A DNA stretch of 64,000 nt from Gonapodya sp. JEL0774 (taxonomy: Eukaryota), in NCBI GenBank assembly GCA_027604505.1, contig JADIIX010000008.1, forward strand, positions 186,001-250,000. Reading direction: 5' to 3'. Below the pieces are notes generated by a model that was not told where the DNA came from, ran no database searches, and worked only from the letters and a program-made list of their open reading frames with translations. Positions within the stretch are counted from its first letter, which is position 1. Each line of letters begins with the position of its first letter. Position numbers and translations under genes: made by a program. This document shows, piece by piece, positions 47,472 to 61,027 of this stretch.

Positions 47472-50400
47472 TCATTTCATTGCAGGTGCTTTCCACAAAC
47501 CAAAAAATCCGCCACCAGGTGCTTTCTCGGTCGCATGTGTTTCTAGCGATTCCTCTTGGTGAACACTACTTGCTCCTACAGAAATCATTTCTCCTGCTTT
47601 CTTCCGAAGAGTCAGAGATATTTTACGCAGTGGCGATCCGGTGCTCGACTTCTTTGGGGGCCTCTCTCCCGCACTTCCACCAAATGCCCCTGGAAGTGAC
47701 TCAGCATTATCTATGGGGGATTCTGGTCTCCCGACCGGGGATCCAGGTGACGCAACGTTCGGCGTGAAATACCCTTCAGATCTGAGTGCGGAATTACTAC
47801 TCAAACCAAGTGGCGAATCCTTTTCGTCTTGGGAACTCCTCTTTGCGTCTTTCTCAACCGCACTACCAAGGCTTGCGACGCTCGCTGTCCGTGCCATCGC
47901 GGCATATGTTCTGGTCCAACCCGGAAGGAACGCACCACCATCTATTTCCTCCTTTTCCTTGCGAAGTCGATCAACTTCCGCCGCCAGCTTTCTTTTCTGA
48001 TCTTGAAGGCGGGCCATATCCGCCACCAAGACACGGGTACGATCTTTAACGTCTGACTCTAGTTTGATTGCCTCTTCCACAAGTGAACGGACTTCTCTTT
48101 GTGCTTCGAAGTCCACCGATCTTCGCTTTTCTGCCTGTATTCTTTTCGCAGACCGTATTTCATTGTTCAGCTGAACAAGTCGCGCTTCAAGTGTTGAAAC
48201 TTGATCCTCGAGTAGATGTCTCGATCCAAGGAGAGTATCCACTTCCTCCAAGAGGATGCTTCTGCGACCTTCCAGGGTGCTGATCGTCTCCTCCAGATTT
48301 TGGGCCTCAATGTGCTTGGCAGACAAGTCAATGCTCAACTTTTCTTCGGTACCTTCCGAGTACAACGTGTGAGGTGAATCGAGGGACTCTGGTGTTGCAT
48401 TCATCGAGGGATTCTTGCTATTTTCATACTGTCGAGACAGGAGCAATCTTTTGATTTCCGAGATTTCGTCATCCAGTTTTGTGGATCTGTTGTGTGTGAC
48501 CGCATCCAGTTGATTTTGGAGCTCCTTCTTCATTATTTCCAGGAGGTACTCCATTCTCCTTTCGTGCTCCTGGAAGTCCCCCTTCATTTCATCTTGCGCT
48601 CCTTTGACGATACCTTCCACCGATCGGTGATGTTCTCCACTTGCAAAGGAGAGTCGCGTTATCGTCCTGTGGATTTGATCCACCTTTTCTTTGGCAGATG
48701 TATCCACTGCAGGTGTTGATCTGAATTCGGTCAAGATTTCGTCTTTGATTGCCGTCATCATAGTGCTCATCGCCGAGACGGCGGTTAAGGTTGTTTGCTC
48801 GGGAAAATTCCGAATCGCAACAATATTATCTCGTATATCTGAATAGAGAGGTTCGGAATGGAGCAAAGTGACAGCTGAATCGACTTTGGGTTGCCGGGCA
48901 ACGGAGACCTTATCGCCAAGCTGCTTCATTTCTTCCTTAAGATTGTTCATTGCGTTTTCCAGTAATTGAAATTGTGGGCTGGGATCCTGACCGTCCTTTT
49001 TCACAGAACCCTGAGGCTCTTCTCTCACATTTTGTGTAACGCCAACCGTGCCTTCTAGATGCTGCAATCGCTGTGTGACCGAAAAATCCGCATTGTCACG
49101 AAGTTTCGTCATTTCTGTCGCGACCGCTTCTTGAATAGTTTGCTTAAGAATCTGTATCTCTTGGTTCCAATCCTTTCCAAGAGCTGCAACGGAATGCTGT
49201 AGTTCCCTCAAAGCCCGTGAGACATCTGAAGCAGATGCAGAAGTTGCTTCCACGCGATTGTCTGATTTAGCTTTGGAATCTGCAAACCGCCAATCCGTCG
49301 CGCCAGCCCTCGATAGTCCTCTCTCGAGTGCCTTCTTGAGTTCTTCCAACTGACCTTCAATCTTCCCTGTCACGGATCCCCACTGAACTGCAATCTGCTC
49401 TCCTCCTGCTGTAGCAACAAGCATATCTGCCGAAGGGCTCCTCAGGTCTCTCGCTCGTTCAATAGCGCCTAGCTCGTTTACTTCTTTTCGAAGTCCACGA
49501 AGATTGTCAACAATTTGCTTGAGCCAACCAGCAAGAATATCATGGTTGAGTTGGTCTTCCTTGGTGAGGCGGACGAGGCGGTGATCGATGTCAGAAAGCT
49601 GATGTTTGACTTCCCCAGCAAAGCGATCACTGAAGCCGCGCGTTGGCGATGGTGGCAGGTCTCCCAAAGGAGGGCTCAAAGCAACATGCTCTAATGTAGG
49701 GCACAAGTCATCTTTTCCCTTAGATGCGGCCTCCTCCCAGAGCTGAATCATTTTCCCTAATCGGTCATTGACGAGGGCAAGCGCGGCGCGTTCTCCAACC
49801 CCTATGGATTTATGGTGCGCCAGCATCGTTGTTGCCACGGCATCCTCCACGATTTCTCTGAGTGTCTCGCGTTCAGCAATAGACATTTTGTGCAAATTTG
49901 GCGTCGTCGCCACTCTCAAGAGAGTCTGGCCACCTTTCACAGGTGATGAAAGAGTGGAGTTACCAGATCCCAGTTTGGCAAGCTCCATTCGCATTTCCGC
50001 CACAACTTTTGAGGTTATGTCTTCTCTGCTTCTCTCGATGGCTTTGATAATCTGCTCTTCTTCTTCCGGAAGACCCTTGCAAACCTTTTTCGGGCTGGAA
50101 GCCACTTTTAGGAGTCTGCACTGAGATTCGTGCAAAAATCCCGATACTTCGATAATATTGTCCAATTTTGCCTGCATTAACTCGTCCGAATCCGTGCGCG
50201 CCTTCAGTGAATCTCCAAATCCTGACAGTGTGGTGGATATGTCCTCAAATTTGGCTGCAAGTGCGGACGTCTGCAGCTGAGCACCCAGCCTGGACAACTT
50301 ATCGTCAATTGCTTCCACTCTCTCAACCACCTCGCGAGAACATTTTCTCGCATCGCTTGCGGCATCCTTCATGGGCTTGGTGGCCTCCACGACACTGGAG

Positions 50401-53400
50401 GATACTTCCATCGCCGTAAGGCGCAAGGCATCTTTGACTTCACGTTTCATTGTTTGAACTTCCTCCCGGTGTCTCTCAGAGATGCCAGTTGCCGACTTCT
50501 CCATAATCCCTCGGACATCTGCTGTGATTTGGTCAAGATTTCTTGCAGACTCTACTGTAACGGTGCCTACCACGTCCAACAGACGTGAAACGTCCTGCCG
50601 GGTCGCGACCAAGTCACCTTGCATCTCCCTCAAACCACTGCCTACATCCTTGCGGACCGCTGCAACCTGGTCCTTGACATCAACGAGAGCTCGAACTTCC
50701 CGTTTGAGAGAGGAAATGTCATCTTTTATCTCCACGACACTATTTTCGCTGAAAAATGTTGCCATAGACTGTTCCTTCTTGGATTCGCCGTGTCTGCTCG
50801 CAGCCGGCGGAGCGCCATGCGCCGATGTCGCCAGTTTTGCAGCCCTGAACCCAGCCTCGATGTCACCTCTCAAGCTGTCGATGGCTCTTTGAGTAGTTTC
50901 TGCCTTTCGTTCCACCACTGCAGCCAACACCGCTCGCTCCTCATCATGACTAGCTGCATGAATCTTGCCCGTTTCTGCTATGGTGGATTGAATTTGAGCA
51001 AGTTTACCACCGACTTCAGATTCCAGCTTCGCAATGGCACTCCCAAGTCTAATTGTGCTGTCCGTGACTTCTCCCGCCCTCTCGGCAGTCGCAATAGCGT
51101 GCGCGACAGTCCTCTCCATTCTGTCCGATGCCTCATCGACCCTCAACAAGACTTCTTCCCTGAGTTGCTTCACCTCTGCTAAAACTCTTTCAGATCCCGC
51201 TGCTGCGGATCCTTGCTCTGAAATTCCCGCGACAGCTTCAGCCACCTCACCGACCATTGTGCGCACTTGGAACATTCTCCTGTCCAGCTGATGTTGCGCT
51301 TCCCTCACAGCATCCTCCACAGGTTGTAGACTCAAGGCTGGCTGACTTGCTTGCCTCTGTCCAGTCATGACCAATGCCGCACGCACCGCTTCCAGGCCTC
51401 GCCCAACCTGCGCAACAGTTTCTGCGACACCAATTTGCGCTTGCATGGCACGTTCCGCGGCATCGCGACTCCGTTCAAGTCCTGCTTGGGTTTCCGCATA
51501 ATTGGAACGAGCCTCCTCCACTCCGGCCTCGCACACTGCCCTAAGATCCTCCACCGCTCCTCTCACAGCCCCAGTGGCCGCCTCGATGGACTTGACACTC
51601 TGAGCCACGACGGATGCACTGGGGTGACTTGGCGCAGAAATCGCAACTTGCGTCATAGAGCTACCCTGATGTTGCGTGAGGACCTTTGATTGCTGGTGGC
51701 TCTGCACTCGCGATTCCCTCTCCTTCCACTCTTTCTCCACCCTCTCCATTTCATTTCTCATACGCCTACTCTCTTCTTCTGCTCTCTCCTTCTCCCTCTC
51801 GGCTCTCTCCCTATCTTTAACCATCCTTTCCACAGCTCCACCCGCTGCTCTGGGAATCAACCCGTCCAGGACATGCACCCAGGCGTCTCGGTCTTGAAGA
51901 GTCGCCGCAGCCAGGGACCACCCAGGAGCGACCAAACCTAGGGCTGAAGCGGATGCAGACTTCGAAGGACGATGAAATGAGAGGAGGATCTCAAATCGGA
52001 CACTTTGTGGGGTTGGGGTTGGCAGATGGAGGAGCGATGTTGACCCCGGGTGATGGGCTCCGCACGATGACACAGCCGACATATCCAGAGTCTTGTAAGG
52101 GAGTTGGTCCTGTCAATGAAAAGATTGTATGATTAGGTGACCACCGTGAGCTGATAGTGAACGAAATCTCATGATAGCAAGTACAAGGTCTCACATTGGG
52201 TGATCGATGCAGACACAAGACCCCTGCGTTCGTCTCCCGCATTCTCGCAACAGCCCAAACTTGTTTCCATTTCTTTGGGATTCGAAATGATATGTGAGTG
52301 TGAGCGTGGGAGAGGGTAAGGGGGGATGGTGGATTGAGGAACTTCGTTGCTGAGTTGGACCTTCACAAGACGAGAACCCACGTTTAAAGATCCCTTTTTC
52401 CACAAATACCCTGACTTGGCAATCTATGGGGAGAGGCATTCAGCTTCTATTAATACAAAATCCAGAACATTCACAAATGCCAATGTGCCACCCACTTCGT
52501 CCACTCCTCCGGTGCCAGTACCGAACCCCGAAGTGCCCATTCCCAGGCCCGCCATACCCACACCCATGCCTATTGCGACTCCGCTGACGGACGCAACGGA
52601 GACCCTGGCAACACCGCTCGCGCTTGTCCTTCCGGACGACTGCCTATCCCCTTCGCTTCCCGGTGTCATTGCTCCACGGCGAGTCACCGCCACTGTAGCA
52701 GCAGTAGAAGCCGAAGAGTAGTTTGCTAGAGGCATGGTCGCCCCGCGCGCAACCATAGCGGTGCCTGTCGTCGCATTAGACTGATCCGCCATAATGGAAG
52801 CTGATGGAGCACGGCGTAGTACCGGGGCTGCTGGTGCTGAGTGGGTTGATTGTGTCGGAGCAGGCGGTGGTCCGGCGGGAATACGAAGCAGCCGAGTCGG
52901 GGCGGGAGTGGCGGATGCTGCTGGAATTGGTTGGAGCGTGGGGGAGGACATTACCAAGCGGCGAAGGTAAAGCAGAAACTAAACGAGAGCGATCTCGTCG
53001 GATTCCTCAGAAGCATTTCAAATCGTCCAATCAAATCGGTAAGGCCGTAATTTGTCAGCCCTGGACGTGTGTTGTATAAGCCCCGCGCAACCTTTCGCCA
53101 TCCACCAATTTGACACAACGTAATTTCTTCATTCACATCAACATACCTCCTCCCCTTCCGCGCGTTTTTTCCCGCTCTTCCTCTTCTTCCTCCCATCCAT
53201 CATCCTCTTCGTCCTCTTCGTCCTCATCGTCATCGTAATCTTGTCCATGCTCATCTTCTCCCAGCCAATCGTCCCCATCCTTATCAAGTGAGTCCAGTGC
53301 TCCGAGAGATATAGCACTGGCGTGTCGGGGTGGAGCGAGGAAGCGCATAGGAGGAACGATGTGGGGCAAAGGTACTGCTTGTGACTGGAGCCGCCGTTGG

Positions 53401-54318
53401 CCATTGATCAATTGTTGAGATTGGGAAATACAAAGGTATCAGAGTGCGGTGAGCAAACCACGGAGTAAACACATGAGAAGAGCTGAAACGCACAATCCAC
53501 AAGGACAATGAAGGCGTTCGATGTTATCAAAAGTCCCAGTGGGTCCCACCCTCTTCAATCTAGCTTCACTCCACACATCATATTTCCTTGAGCCACTGCT
53601 CCATCAGGCCACGGAACATGTTTTCAAAACATACCTTGGTATCACTACCTTCATCGTCATCGTTGTTACGCGGCTGCCCGGAAATATGTTTGCTGCTCAC
53701 TGGCGAGAGCACTGCAGACGGTGGGCCAGACGTGTAATGAGAGAGGGCAGCTGAGTGTGGATAAGCAGTCTGGTGGAGCGGCGGCGAGCTCATGACGTTC
53801 GCTGGCGAGGCGGTGAGTGGGGTGCGTGATGGGGTAGATGCCGGTGCAAGAGCACTAGAAGCACCAGTTGCAGTTGGGCGGGTCGTGTGTTGTTGCGTGA
53901 TTGGTACTTGAGCAGGTTTTCGTCTCGGTGTTGTTGGCGTAAGGGAATCTGAGTCCGGAGAGTGAGGTGATGTTACTGCAGATGTTGATGAATTCTGATT
54001 CCGAGTAAGAGACAGTGACTGCGAAGCGGCTGCAATTGCGGCCGCCCGTGCGGCGGGAGTCGCTGTAGCCATCGAGAGAGCGTGCGCATGTGGGTGAGCG
54101 GAAAGCGGAAGCGGCAGCGGGAGTTGAGTCGAGGAGGTTGAAGTAAGGTGTGATTCTGAGCGGGAAAGAGGCATCCGACTTGAAGGTTGCTGCGGATGCG
54201 CGCGTGCAACAACCTGTCCGATTGTGGTTGTTGCTGCAACTTGGCGCTGGGATGCGGTGGAAGCAGGTGCCGCAAGTGTCTGGGATGAGGAGTGACCCGT
54301 GAGCAGGTTGAAGTCCAA
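47472..54318 (-). CDS. Large hypothetical protein: low-complexity N-terminus, possible split PH-like domain, very long coiled coil (single ~4.5-kb terminal exon)
   Basis: The 1536-aa ORF has heptad-rich composition and a PH-like terminal helix (AATLQDRDAWVHVL). Upstream exons lie at 52424-52957, 53133-53411 and 53578-54318. The start is uncertain. Confidence 0.7.
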
Positions 54319-55683
54319 CTCTCAAGCACCCCATTCACACCATCAAAGTCTAGGGCCATTGATTTCCAATTATCGCTTCTTCATTTTGAGGTTTCTTTCT
54401 TCCTTTGGTCGTCGTCCTCTCGAACATGGCTCCGTATGTCCCCCCAATTTTCATTGTCAATATCAACTTGGTCGCACGCCGCCTTCGTCCTTCCTTTTTA
54501 ATCATCTCTCCTTACTCAAACTATTCATCATCAATTTCTCAAGGTTACTCACACTCCTCCGTCCTCGCGCTTCCAGATACGCGTCCAGTTGTGACGACAT
54601 GGCGTTCTAAACTGCGTGCTTCTTGGGCAAAAAATCACCCGATGCAGTTCCAGTCTGTTAATGCGCCTCTTATGTACTCTCCTAATCGAGTTTGGATGAG
54701 GCTTTTGTCCCCGTTGAGGAGGGGCAGCGCAATACACCGTTTGTGCAGGTGCGGGCAGCTAGTTCATCTCATCCGTCATCACTGCTTATGTACACAACAC
54801 AGCTCTGTTCTCTCAGAACATCTACCGATGTCCTTGCCTGATAGGGCACAGTTATTTTCTCATTAATACATTGCTAGTGGTGTGCTGGATAGTAGATGGA
54901 AGAAAATATGAAAAGAACTCTACCTCTAACAAAGCTCAGCTGAAGTAAATGATAGAATATTGCATGTTCTTTCGTGCTCCGATTCAAGAAAGAAATTTGA
55001 ACGCTTCTCACGAGATGAAAAGTCGTGTTTATTGGTATTATAATCGTAAAAACATGTAAAGATTGTCAAATTATTCTTCCTCTTTCATATCGCTATGCAC
55101 GTTTACTCAACTGTCCTGCTCAAGCCAACTCTCCTGGAAAAGCCTGCTGCAGCCTCGCCCGATTGATGTGTATTCTTGTATTATATAACTCTAAGCCATG
55201 TAAATGAAAAGTGCGCTTGCGCTACAGTCAGATAGAGATAGAATATTCATTCTACTCATACCAAGCTGCCTCTGTGTGTCGATGTTCATCGAGGTTCCTG
55301 AGATCAATGGTATTCTTCTAAAGGATTTGCAACTCCGTTTTCTGTACCACGTCCGTAATCTGTTTGTTGACGATGAGGTTCCATAAAATGTATGTTAATT
55401 ATTCTCCGATTAATCTTCAAACTCCGCATACCCGGAGGTCAGTTGTGGTTTCAAGTTCACTGCATTGCCCGTGTCAACTCCCAAGGTGTCACTTGATCAA
55501 TTCAGTACATGGAGATCTTTGACTTGCCGGAGTCAGAATTCCTTATTTGGAATGCGCATAGCTTTTCTTTCGCGGGGCATACAGATCTCGCAAACGGGGC
55601 ACGAGGCGAATACATAATCCAACAATACATATATTGAGGCCTCGTCGTCTAAACGACATATGTCTTGTATCTCATAACAAGTT

Positions 55684-56824
55684 CTATGATTCTTCAGAAA
55701 TAACGTCCTCAACGTCAGATTTGATACGATAGCCAGCAATGAAGATCAACAGTCCTTTGAATGATGTCCGTCGCATGTAACTAAACGTGTACAGCATGGA
55801 CGTGGCAACAATGATCGAAACGAAAACCCAGTTGTAGATTCTGGTAATAATCACGAGCTACGTACAACAAAAGCGTGAGTTCTGCTTCAAGAGCATCCGG
55901 AACCTAAGATGTCTCGAACACTCACCGCGTCGATGTCCAGTGAGGTTCCAACAATTATAACAATGAGCCCTATACATTGTGCGAGCAAAGATAAACCGAT
56001 GAATCCCGTCTGGCCAACAGAAAGATTGGTTAGTGATAGAGTTCCTGCGGCAGTGAGCCGTTCCTGCTGTGATTCACCAGAAGTCTGCAATCACGCCGCA
56101 GAGCAGCGCTCTCCTTGTAAAAGAGAGCAAAATAATCCGGGTCCGGGCTTGGAAAATGATATGTTGCGGGACTAATAGGATCCGACGAAATTGGTTGTGT
56201 TTCGGCGGATTCATCGGGACTCCTCAGCGCGGAGGCAGGAAGCGTCGCGGCAACTCTCTTGAGTCGGTCAATTGGTATTTCTCCGCGAAACAAGGTGTAC
56301 GCCAGTGGGTCCATCCACGGCCCCAGGGTGACTATAAAGAGGGCGGCAATGCATCCAGTCGTCACGGCATTGTCCAGAAGGACAAGTCGAGCATTGTCGG
56401 TTACGAGACCAATTATGGCAGAAGCCACAAACGATATAAACAACTGCATTGAGGTGAAGATGAAGGACAAGGACTGAGTGAATATAATTGTATATCACTC
56501 ACAATTATCAAAATGTAGTCGGTTTGGCGGTACCAAACCTGCTTGAATATAGAGCGTAGGAGAGGTGGAACGCCCGAAATGATGAGAGCGATCGAGTTGC
56601 TGATGTAATTCTAATAGGACCATTGAGAGGGGGAATTGAAAATGCCAACTCCTCTCAAAACCCGGATCAATAGAGCCATGATGAGCGATTCGCACCTTTA
56701 GGATATAGTAAAGAGCGAGAGGAACTCCGACGTCAAAAGCAATCTCCAGGAGCTTGAAAATCAGCGACGAGTTTCGCTTCCACCACGGATCGGGCGTTTT
56801 TGTTTCAGGAGAGTTCCCCGACAT
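55684..56824 (-). CDS. VC0807-family membrane protein, paralogue A
   Basis: IAFDVGVPLALYYILK, ALIISGVPPLL and IGLVTDNARLVLLDNAVTTG..F..TL...PL match the family pattern. Multi-exon. Confidence 0.8.
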
Positions 56825-57341
56825 GCGCCCCGGTGTTTGATTATCGATTGGGCACCTAGCGTTTGCGAAATCCCTTTAAATAGGTTCACTTGAGATGGTG
56901 TAAAGATAGTTGAGGAGTTCAAGGGTGCTGTGTATTTGGACTCAGTATTGACTGCGGAGGCCAGCCTGCTGATTGCTTGGCTTGCGACATGGGGTGGCTG
57001 TTCCGCCCGGAACAAAGGCAATTCTTCCGACAGACTACAAAATGCATCTCGTCACAGGGCTCCCTGTCATCCAAATGCGTCACCGTTTTGTGTGAGATTC
57101 CCAAATGAAGAGGGTTAGAGACATAGTATTGTAGTATGCACACAAATACCAAAGTTCAAGCGTTGATGCAGCAATGGCAGCTGAGGCAGTGATTTGTGTT
57201 ATGATTTATAAAAGTACAAAAGAAGAAAATAAATGTTCTATGCATTACAGATCATTGGCAAGGTATTGCACAGTGTACTTCTGGTTCTTGGGCTTCCCAT
57301 CATCCCGTCAGCTCCCGAAATCACCTCTCCATTCCCTCCAC

Positions 57342-58873
57342 CTACGGCCGCAGGCTGTCACGATTGTCACAGAGAATACGGTACGCGACGTTGACAGTCG
57401 ATTCCACACAGCCGCACAGCTGAGAGGTCGGGATGACAGATGACAAAAATTGAGAACCAGTGGTGACAATCAGATATGAATCCATGTCAAGCTCGCGAAT
57501 TCCATGATACAGTAAAATTTTGCTGCTGTCGCAGCCCTGGGCTCGAGACCAACAAACGAAGTTCAATTTTTAAACCTACTTTTGCAATCTCATGGGCTGA
57601 TCTTCTCTCGGAAGGGCTCGACGACCAAGAGCAGGCGGCGTACACACAAGCGGCGACGACGGTCTTGAGATGCCTCCCGGTCAGAAGTTCCTGGCGTTTC
57701 ACTTGTACAGCGAGATCGGATGCAGCTTTGGCAATTCGGTACTTGAGGCCGAGCTGGTCGACAATTGATCTAATGTGGTTGCTAAGTTCAGAACCCGTCT
57801 CCAAGCTGGTGTATGCACTTGTTTCATCTCCCAATTTGCAGTTAACGCGGATCGCTCGAACAATCTACGATTTAAAAGGCAATTGTCCACAAGACAATGG
57901 GTGGGGGAACCAAAAAAAATGATTTAAGACCACAGGAATGTGAGGGAACTGAACTCACCCTCGCAATCGATTTAGTGTCTTCGCGAACCAAGGGCGCAAT
58001 CGCTTCAAGGGGTCTCTTCACGTGGTGCATCGAACACGCCATGTAGATGCAAGCTCCGACTTTGGAAGCCATATTCTGTCCCGTCACCAATCGATGCAGA
58101 ACTTCAAATCTCGGTGCTCGGTGACACAAAGGCAACGTGAACACCCCACCTTTCCCTTGATGCCGTTTGAAGTGGCCACTTCGTACACCATCTTTGCACA
58201 GTCGGCTACAGCCTGCGGCATGAACATCCTCCCAATGATGGTATCGATGTCCCTGAACGCTTCGGCATGGCTTCCTTTGCTGTTGCCTTGCAGAGTGGTC
58301 TGCGCCTTGATGAGCTTCTGCTCGGCACCTCTCGCAACTGACGAGCTTCCAATGCTCGTAGCGTCCATGTGACTTGGTCCTTTCAAAGGGTTGCTCGGAG
58401 CGCCTTGAAAGGACTCGCTCGAGAATGCCCAAGAAAGTACACATGCCGTGGCCACACTTACCAACCCGGGAACGGTCATTGCCAGGCTCTTCGGCAAAGT
58501 TGCGCCACTCTTCACCACAGTGGAGCAGTCTCGTCATAAGGATTAAGCCTGAGAGGCACATGACCGACCCAGGACGGGAGTGCTCCATCGACTGGAGGCA
58601 TCGAACATCAAACCAGGGTTGAGGGGACCTACCACAAGCGCATCTGATGTGACCCTCCTTCCAATCCTCGATAAGCTGTGGCACTTCGTCCATGCAGTAC
58701 TTGCACTGGAGGCGAACCTGCAGCTCCTGTTCTCGCCACGGACGGTTGGCGTGCTCTTGGAGCTGTTTGGCTGCGGCAACTTCCTTGAGGGCCTTATGAC
58801 GGGCTTCCCACTGCTGCTGAAGGAAGCTGTCTGACGCCGAGAGAGCGGGGACGGGAGTCACAGGAACGAGCAT
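57342..58873 (-). CDS. Transcription initiation factor TFIIB family protein (divergent)
   Basis: Zn ribbon LQCKYC...EDWKEGHIRCACG, B-reader EEWRNFAEEPGNDRSRVG, and two cyclin folds (GACIYMAC; LTGRHLKTVVAACVYAAC...RSAHEIAK-LCGCVESTVNVAYRIL). Confidence 0.85.
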
Positions 58874-59140
58874 GATCTTAGGAAAGTTGGTTGTTTGAAA
58901 ACTTTGATGGGCGAATGTGGGGGCTGTGGTTTAGTTGCCTTCGCACTCAATTCAATGTGACAAGTTTATTGGTGTTGCGGCAAGCTAGAGATCCACAACT
59001 CGCGAAATAAATTATTTTTACGGTACTCACGAATGCGCTCTCTGACACGGGGGTCAAAATCGGATTCTGCTGGGACACTGTGAGCTATGCTCCAAGATCG
59101 CCAAAGCGTGAACTCGCGACAATGTATTTCAAGTCACTAA

Positions 59141-60318
59141 TCATGTAGTCACTTCTTCAAGGTTTGTCTTCACACGAAAGCCAGCAATGTAGATCACCAG
59201 TCCTTTGAATGATGTTCGTCGCATGTAACCAAAAATGTACAACAAGACCACAGCGATCACAAAAGGAACGATGACCCAACTGCATGTTCTTGTAGCAACG
59301 ACGAGCTACGTCAGCCGTCAATAGAAAGCATTGAGCTGAACTTGGATAGGAGGCGTGCATTCAGTTGTTTGAAGAGATCTCACCGTGTCAATATCCAACG
59401 ATGTTCCTACGATGAGGATTACGATGCCCGCACAATGTGCTAGTAGAGATAAGCCGATGAATGCTGTCTAATACGTCAAGATTAGAAAGTCCGCAAAACT
59501 TTACTCCCGAGTCGACTTTCCAGCGGCGACGACCCACCAGAATCACACAATCTCGACGCATGGAGATACTCTCTTTATAATAGAGGGCGAAATAATCTGG
59601 ATCTGGGCTTGGAAAGTGATATCCGGTCGACGAGGTCCGCTCCGTCTCAAAACGTTCCGCTTCACTCGATTCGACCTGACTCCTCAACGCCGAGGCAGGA
59701 AGTGTCGCAGCCACCCTCTTGATCCGATCCAGCGGTATCTGGCCTCTGAAAAGCGTGTACACGAGAGGGTCTATTCTTGGCAGGAGCGTGGTGATGAAGA
59801 GGAATCCGATGCATCCTGTGGTCACGGCGTTGTCCAATAGTGTGAGCCGAGCATTGTCAGTTACAAGTCCGAGTACGGCAGATGAGACAAACGAAATCAA
59901 CAGCTGAGATTATTAAATGATGGAGACACGGCCGATTCGTCGGTTTGAACCGCGTGAAATCTACTTTTGGAATACCCACTCACAATGATCAAGACGTAGT
60001 CAGTCCGGCCATACCATATCCGCTTAAAAATGGACCGCAAAAGTGGTGGAACGCCCGATATGATGAGAGCGAGCGAGTTGCTGAGATAGATCTGATTGAA
60101 GTGTCGGTCAGAAATGACAAATGCCGATCTTAGTCTCGAAACAATGTCATCGGGCAAAGGTTTTGAGACAAACGCTCCGATCACACCTTGAGAACGTAGT
60201 AAAGACCAAGAGGCACTCCGACGTCAAAGGCGACTTCCAACACCTTGAAAATAGTGGAGGAGTTTCTCCTCCACCACGATTCACGGAGCTTTAGTTCGCT
60301 CGACGAACTTATTTCCAT
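59141..60318 (-). CDS. VC0807-family membrane protein, paralogue B
   Basis: VAFDVGVPLGLYYVLK, ALIISGVPPLL, LGLVTDNARLTLLDNAVTTG, YHFPSPDPDYFALYYKES and YMRRTSFKGL. Intron positions match paralogue A where compared. Confidence 0.8.
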
Positions 60319-61027
60319 CACGGTAAGCGCAGAAATTCGGGGCTTTCTTCCACGTTTTCATTCCCCGTGGAAATCAATTATAAATACTTTCGGCTTGTTG
60401 GTGTCGCTGAGTGTGCCAGGATCTGCGGCCTTCCGCGGATGTTGACCACACAGCCCATGCACGTACCAGGTGAGGAAAACGGTGGTCGACGTGGAATACA
60501 ATTGTCAAACGTTTTTTGGTTGGAAAAGTAGAAAACGTGTCGTTGCCCGAGCTTGATCTGTCATATCGGTGGCTTGGACACTTCATTTCTCACCTCGGAG
60601 CGGTCGCGAGCGAGGGCGAACGTAGTTCATATGAGCGGACTTGGAGGGAGGACTCTCCTGGTTTTCTTCCGTAAAGACAATTCTTCAACGTTATGGTTGT
60701 GACTGCCAGTCCCTGAATGTACGTATGTCTCTGATCGCATGAAAGACCAACGCATGAAATTTCAACCATCTTGACTACTCTTTCTGTGCGCTCCCTTCAT
60801 CATTTCCTCTTCTTCACCTCCGCGACTCGCTGAGGGAGGAGAAGGAGTGGGGGAAGGGATTCATTTTGCTGTTAATCATCGTGCTCGCGGACACCCAGTG
60901 CAATCTTCCAAATGAAAATAAAATTTAGTTTTACTTTATTTTGTCGAAACCTCCATGTTTCATTATCGTCAAATATCATGTAAAGTCCGCCCCTCTTGCC
61001 CCGCACTCCCGCCTTCCACCAACCTAC

